NCBI GenBank assembly: GCA_041651115.1
Contig: JBAZJY010000003.1
Location: 270,252 to 334,251, forward strand
Origin: Candidatus Omnitrophota bacterium
GTDB taxonomy: Bacteria > Omnitrophota > Gorgyraeia > Gygaellales > Profunditerraquicolaceae
DNA length: 64,000 nucleotides
Reading direction: 5' to 3'
Below the pieces are notes generated by a model. The model ran no database searches and was not told where the DNA came from. It saw only the letters and a program-made list of their open reading frames with translations. This document shows positions 63,062 to 64,000 of this stretch, piece after piece (positions within the stretch are counted from its first letter, which is position 1; each line of letters starts with the position of its first letter). Both the position numbers and the translations under genes were made by a program.

Positions 63062-63802
63062 CTATTTCTTTGATTTCGCCGTTTCAATATACTTAAGGAT
63101 ATTATTTATTTCAAAAGGTTTATACAGGCATCCGGAAACCGCCAGTGTACCTTCAATTGACTTCGCCTTCTGGGGAAATCCGGTGATCAAGACGATATTT
63201 GCCTCCGGCAGAATGGCTTTAAGCTCATTATACGCATCCACTCCGTTGGCATCCTTAAGCACAAGATCAAGGAAAATAAGGTTAAATTTATTTTGCTTTG
63301 CCAGCATAACGGCTTCCTCTTTACTATGCGCACTTTTACAGGAGAGATTTTTTTGCGCCAGCAAAGAAGAAAAAAATTCCAGGATTGTTTCATCATCGTC
63401 AATAACAAGGATGTTCAACTGCTCCCCGGATTTCACGGCACTGACCTTATCCAGGACCTCTTTTATCTGACTGATGTCAAAAGGTTTGCGTATGTCGCCG
63501 TACGCGCCTTCTTTACGGGCCTGTTCAAGCGTGTCCTCTACGGCATATCCGGTGATCATTACTGCCTGCGCATCAGGATCAATCTGACGGATCTGGCGGT
63601 AAGTCTCAAGGCCGTTAAGCCCGGGCATGCGCACGTCAATAAAATAAAGGTCGAATTTACCTGCCTTCACCGCTTCCACCGCCTTATATCCGTCTTCAAC
63701 GTCAATTACTTCCAGCCCCAGTAAAGACAAAAGACGTTTAAAAAAATCCCTGACGATTTTTTCATCATCCACTACCAGAACCTTAAGCTTAGCTTCACCC
63801 AT
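63062..63802 (-). CDS. Tandem-receiver (REC-REC) response regulator, paralog of 58750..59505
   Basis: [14 protein letters not shown]...[21 protein letters not shown]...VMITGYAV...RKPFD then ILVIDDDET...[11 protein letters not shown]...VLITGF...YKPFE. Confidence 0.85.
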   Translation of the reverse strand: MGEAKLKVLVVDDEKIVRDFFKRLLSLLGLEVIDVEDGYKAVEAVKAGKFDLYFIDVRMPGLNGLETYRQIRQIDPDAQAVMITGYAVEDTLEQARKEGAYGDIRKPFDISQIKEVLDKVSAVKSGEQLNILVIDDDETILEFFSSLLAQKNLSCKSAHSKEEAVMLAKQNKFNLIFLDLVLKDANGVDAYNELKAILPEANIVLITGFPQKAKSIEGTLAVSGCLYKPFEINNILKYIETAKSKK

Positions 63803-64000
63803 TTTCTTCCTCCTTGTGCCCTGCCAAACTTGATAAAGGCAAATTTATCCTGAAAGTAGCCCCTTTACCCTGCTCGCTTTCAACCTTAATATTTCCATGA
63901 TGCTCCTTGATGATACCGTAAGCAATGGAAAGGCCAAGGCCCGTGCCCTCTCCCATGGGTTTAGTAGTAAAAAATGGCTCAAAGATTTTATCCATATCGT
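63795..64000 (-). CDS. Histidine kinase, C-terminal HATPase fragment (gene continues beyond window end)
   Basis: [51 protein letters not shown]2/G3 boxes; ATGA overlap with the downstream REC-REC. Confidence 0.7.
   Translation of the reverse strand, partial: DMDKIFEPFFTTKPMGEGTGLGLSIAYGIIKEHHGNIKVESEQGKGATFRINLPLSSLAGHKEEENG

Overview
This 64 kb window is a gene-dense chromosomal region from a diderm (Gram-negative-type) bacterium of about 48% GC. Lipid A genes (lpxB, msbA-like), a TonB-dependent receptor and T2SS-type pseudopilins indicate the diderm envelope. Almost all genes are on the minus strand. The housekeeping content I can recognise is: prmC/prfA/rpmE/rho; coaE, glgA and polA; a MoxR-DUF58-giant membrane protein operon next to a prepilin peptidase; aroE followed by a leuA-ilvC-ilvN-ilvB-ilvD block; a class II aldolase, pfkA, ahcY and metK; a ptsI-ptsH-yvcK-ptsN cluster; three tRNAs (Gly-GCC, Leu-TAG, Lys-TTT); the frr-pyrH-tsf-rpsB operon; msbA-like, lpxB and a Gfo/Idh/MocA oxidoreductase; an M48 peptidase, rpmA, a TonB-dependent receptor, a beta-CASP MBL RNase and DedA; a split carB (N-terminal half only), carA and pyrG. 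The most unusual part is the last 11 kb (about 52.9-64.0 kb). It holds a type II secretion / pseudopilus-like cluster (gspG/I/J/K/L/M-like plus a GspE ATPase) interleaved with a multi-component phosphorelay. That relay comprises two paralogous tandem-receiver (REC-REC) proteins with no output domain, a single CheY-like REC, a GAF/PAS histidine kinase and a second, partial kinase. A HExxH secreted protein sits in the cluster as a candidate cargo. No GspF platform protein and no secretin are present in the part visible here. Non-coding features I could support are: a 287-bp highly structured element with 32-bp perfect terminal inverted repeats between coaE and rho that abuts the rho SD; two copies of a roughly 75-bp REP-like palindromic element placed precisely between a stop codon and the next RBS; a GC-rich convergent intergenic region containing a candidate 225-nt structured ncRNA closed by a 14-bp perfect stem; a consensus sigma70 promoter followed by an intrinsic terminator in the pyrG leader (attenuator-like); back-to-back divergent promoters sharing a palindromic -35 hexamer, with a probable leaderless mRNA; and a long telomere-repeat-like hairpin between metK and ahcY. 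No CRISPR array, IS element or obvious prophage was seen.
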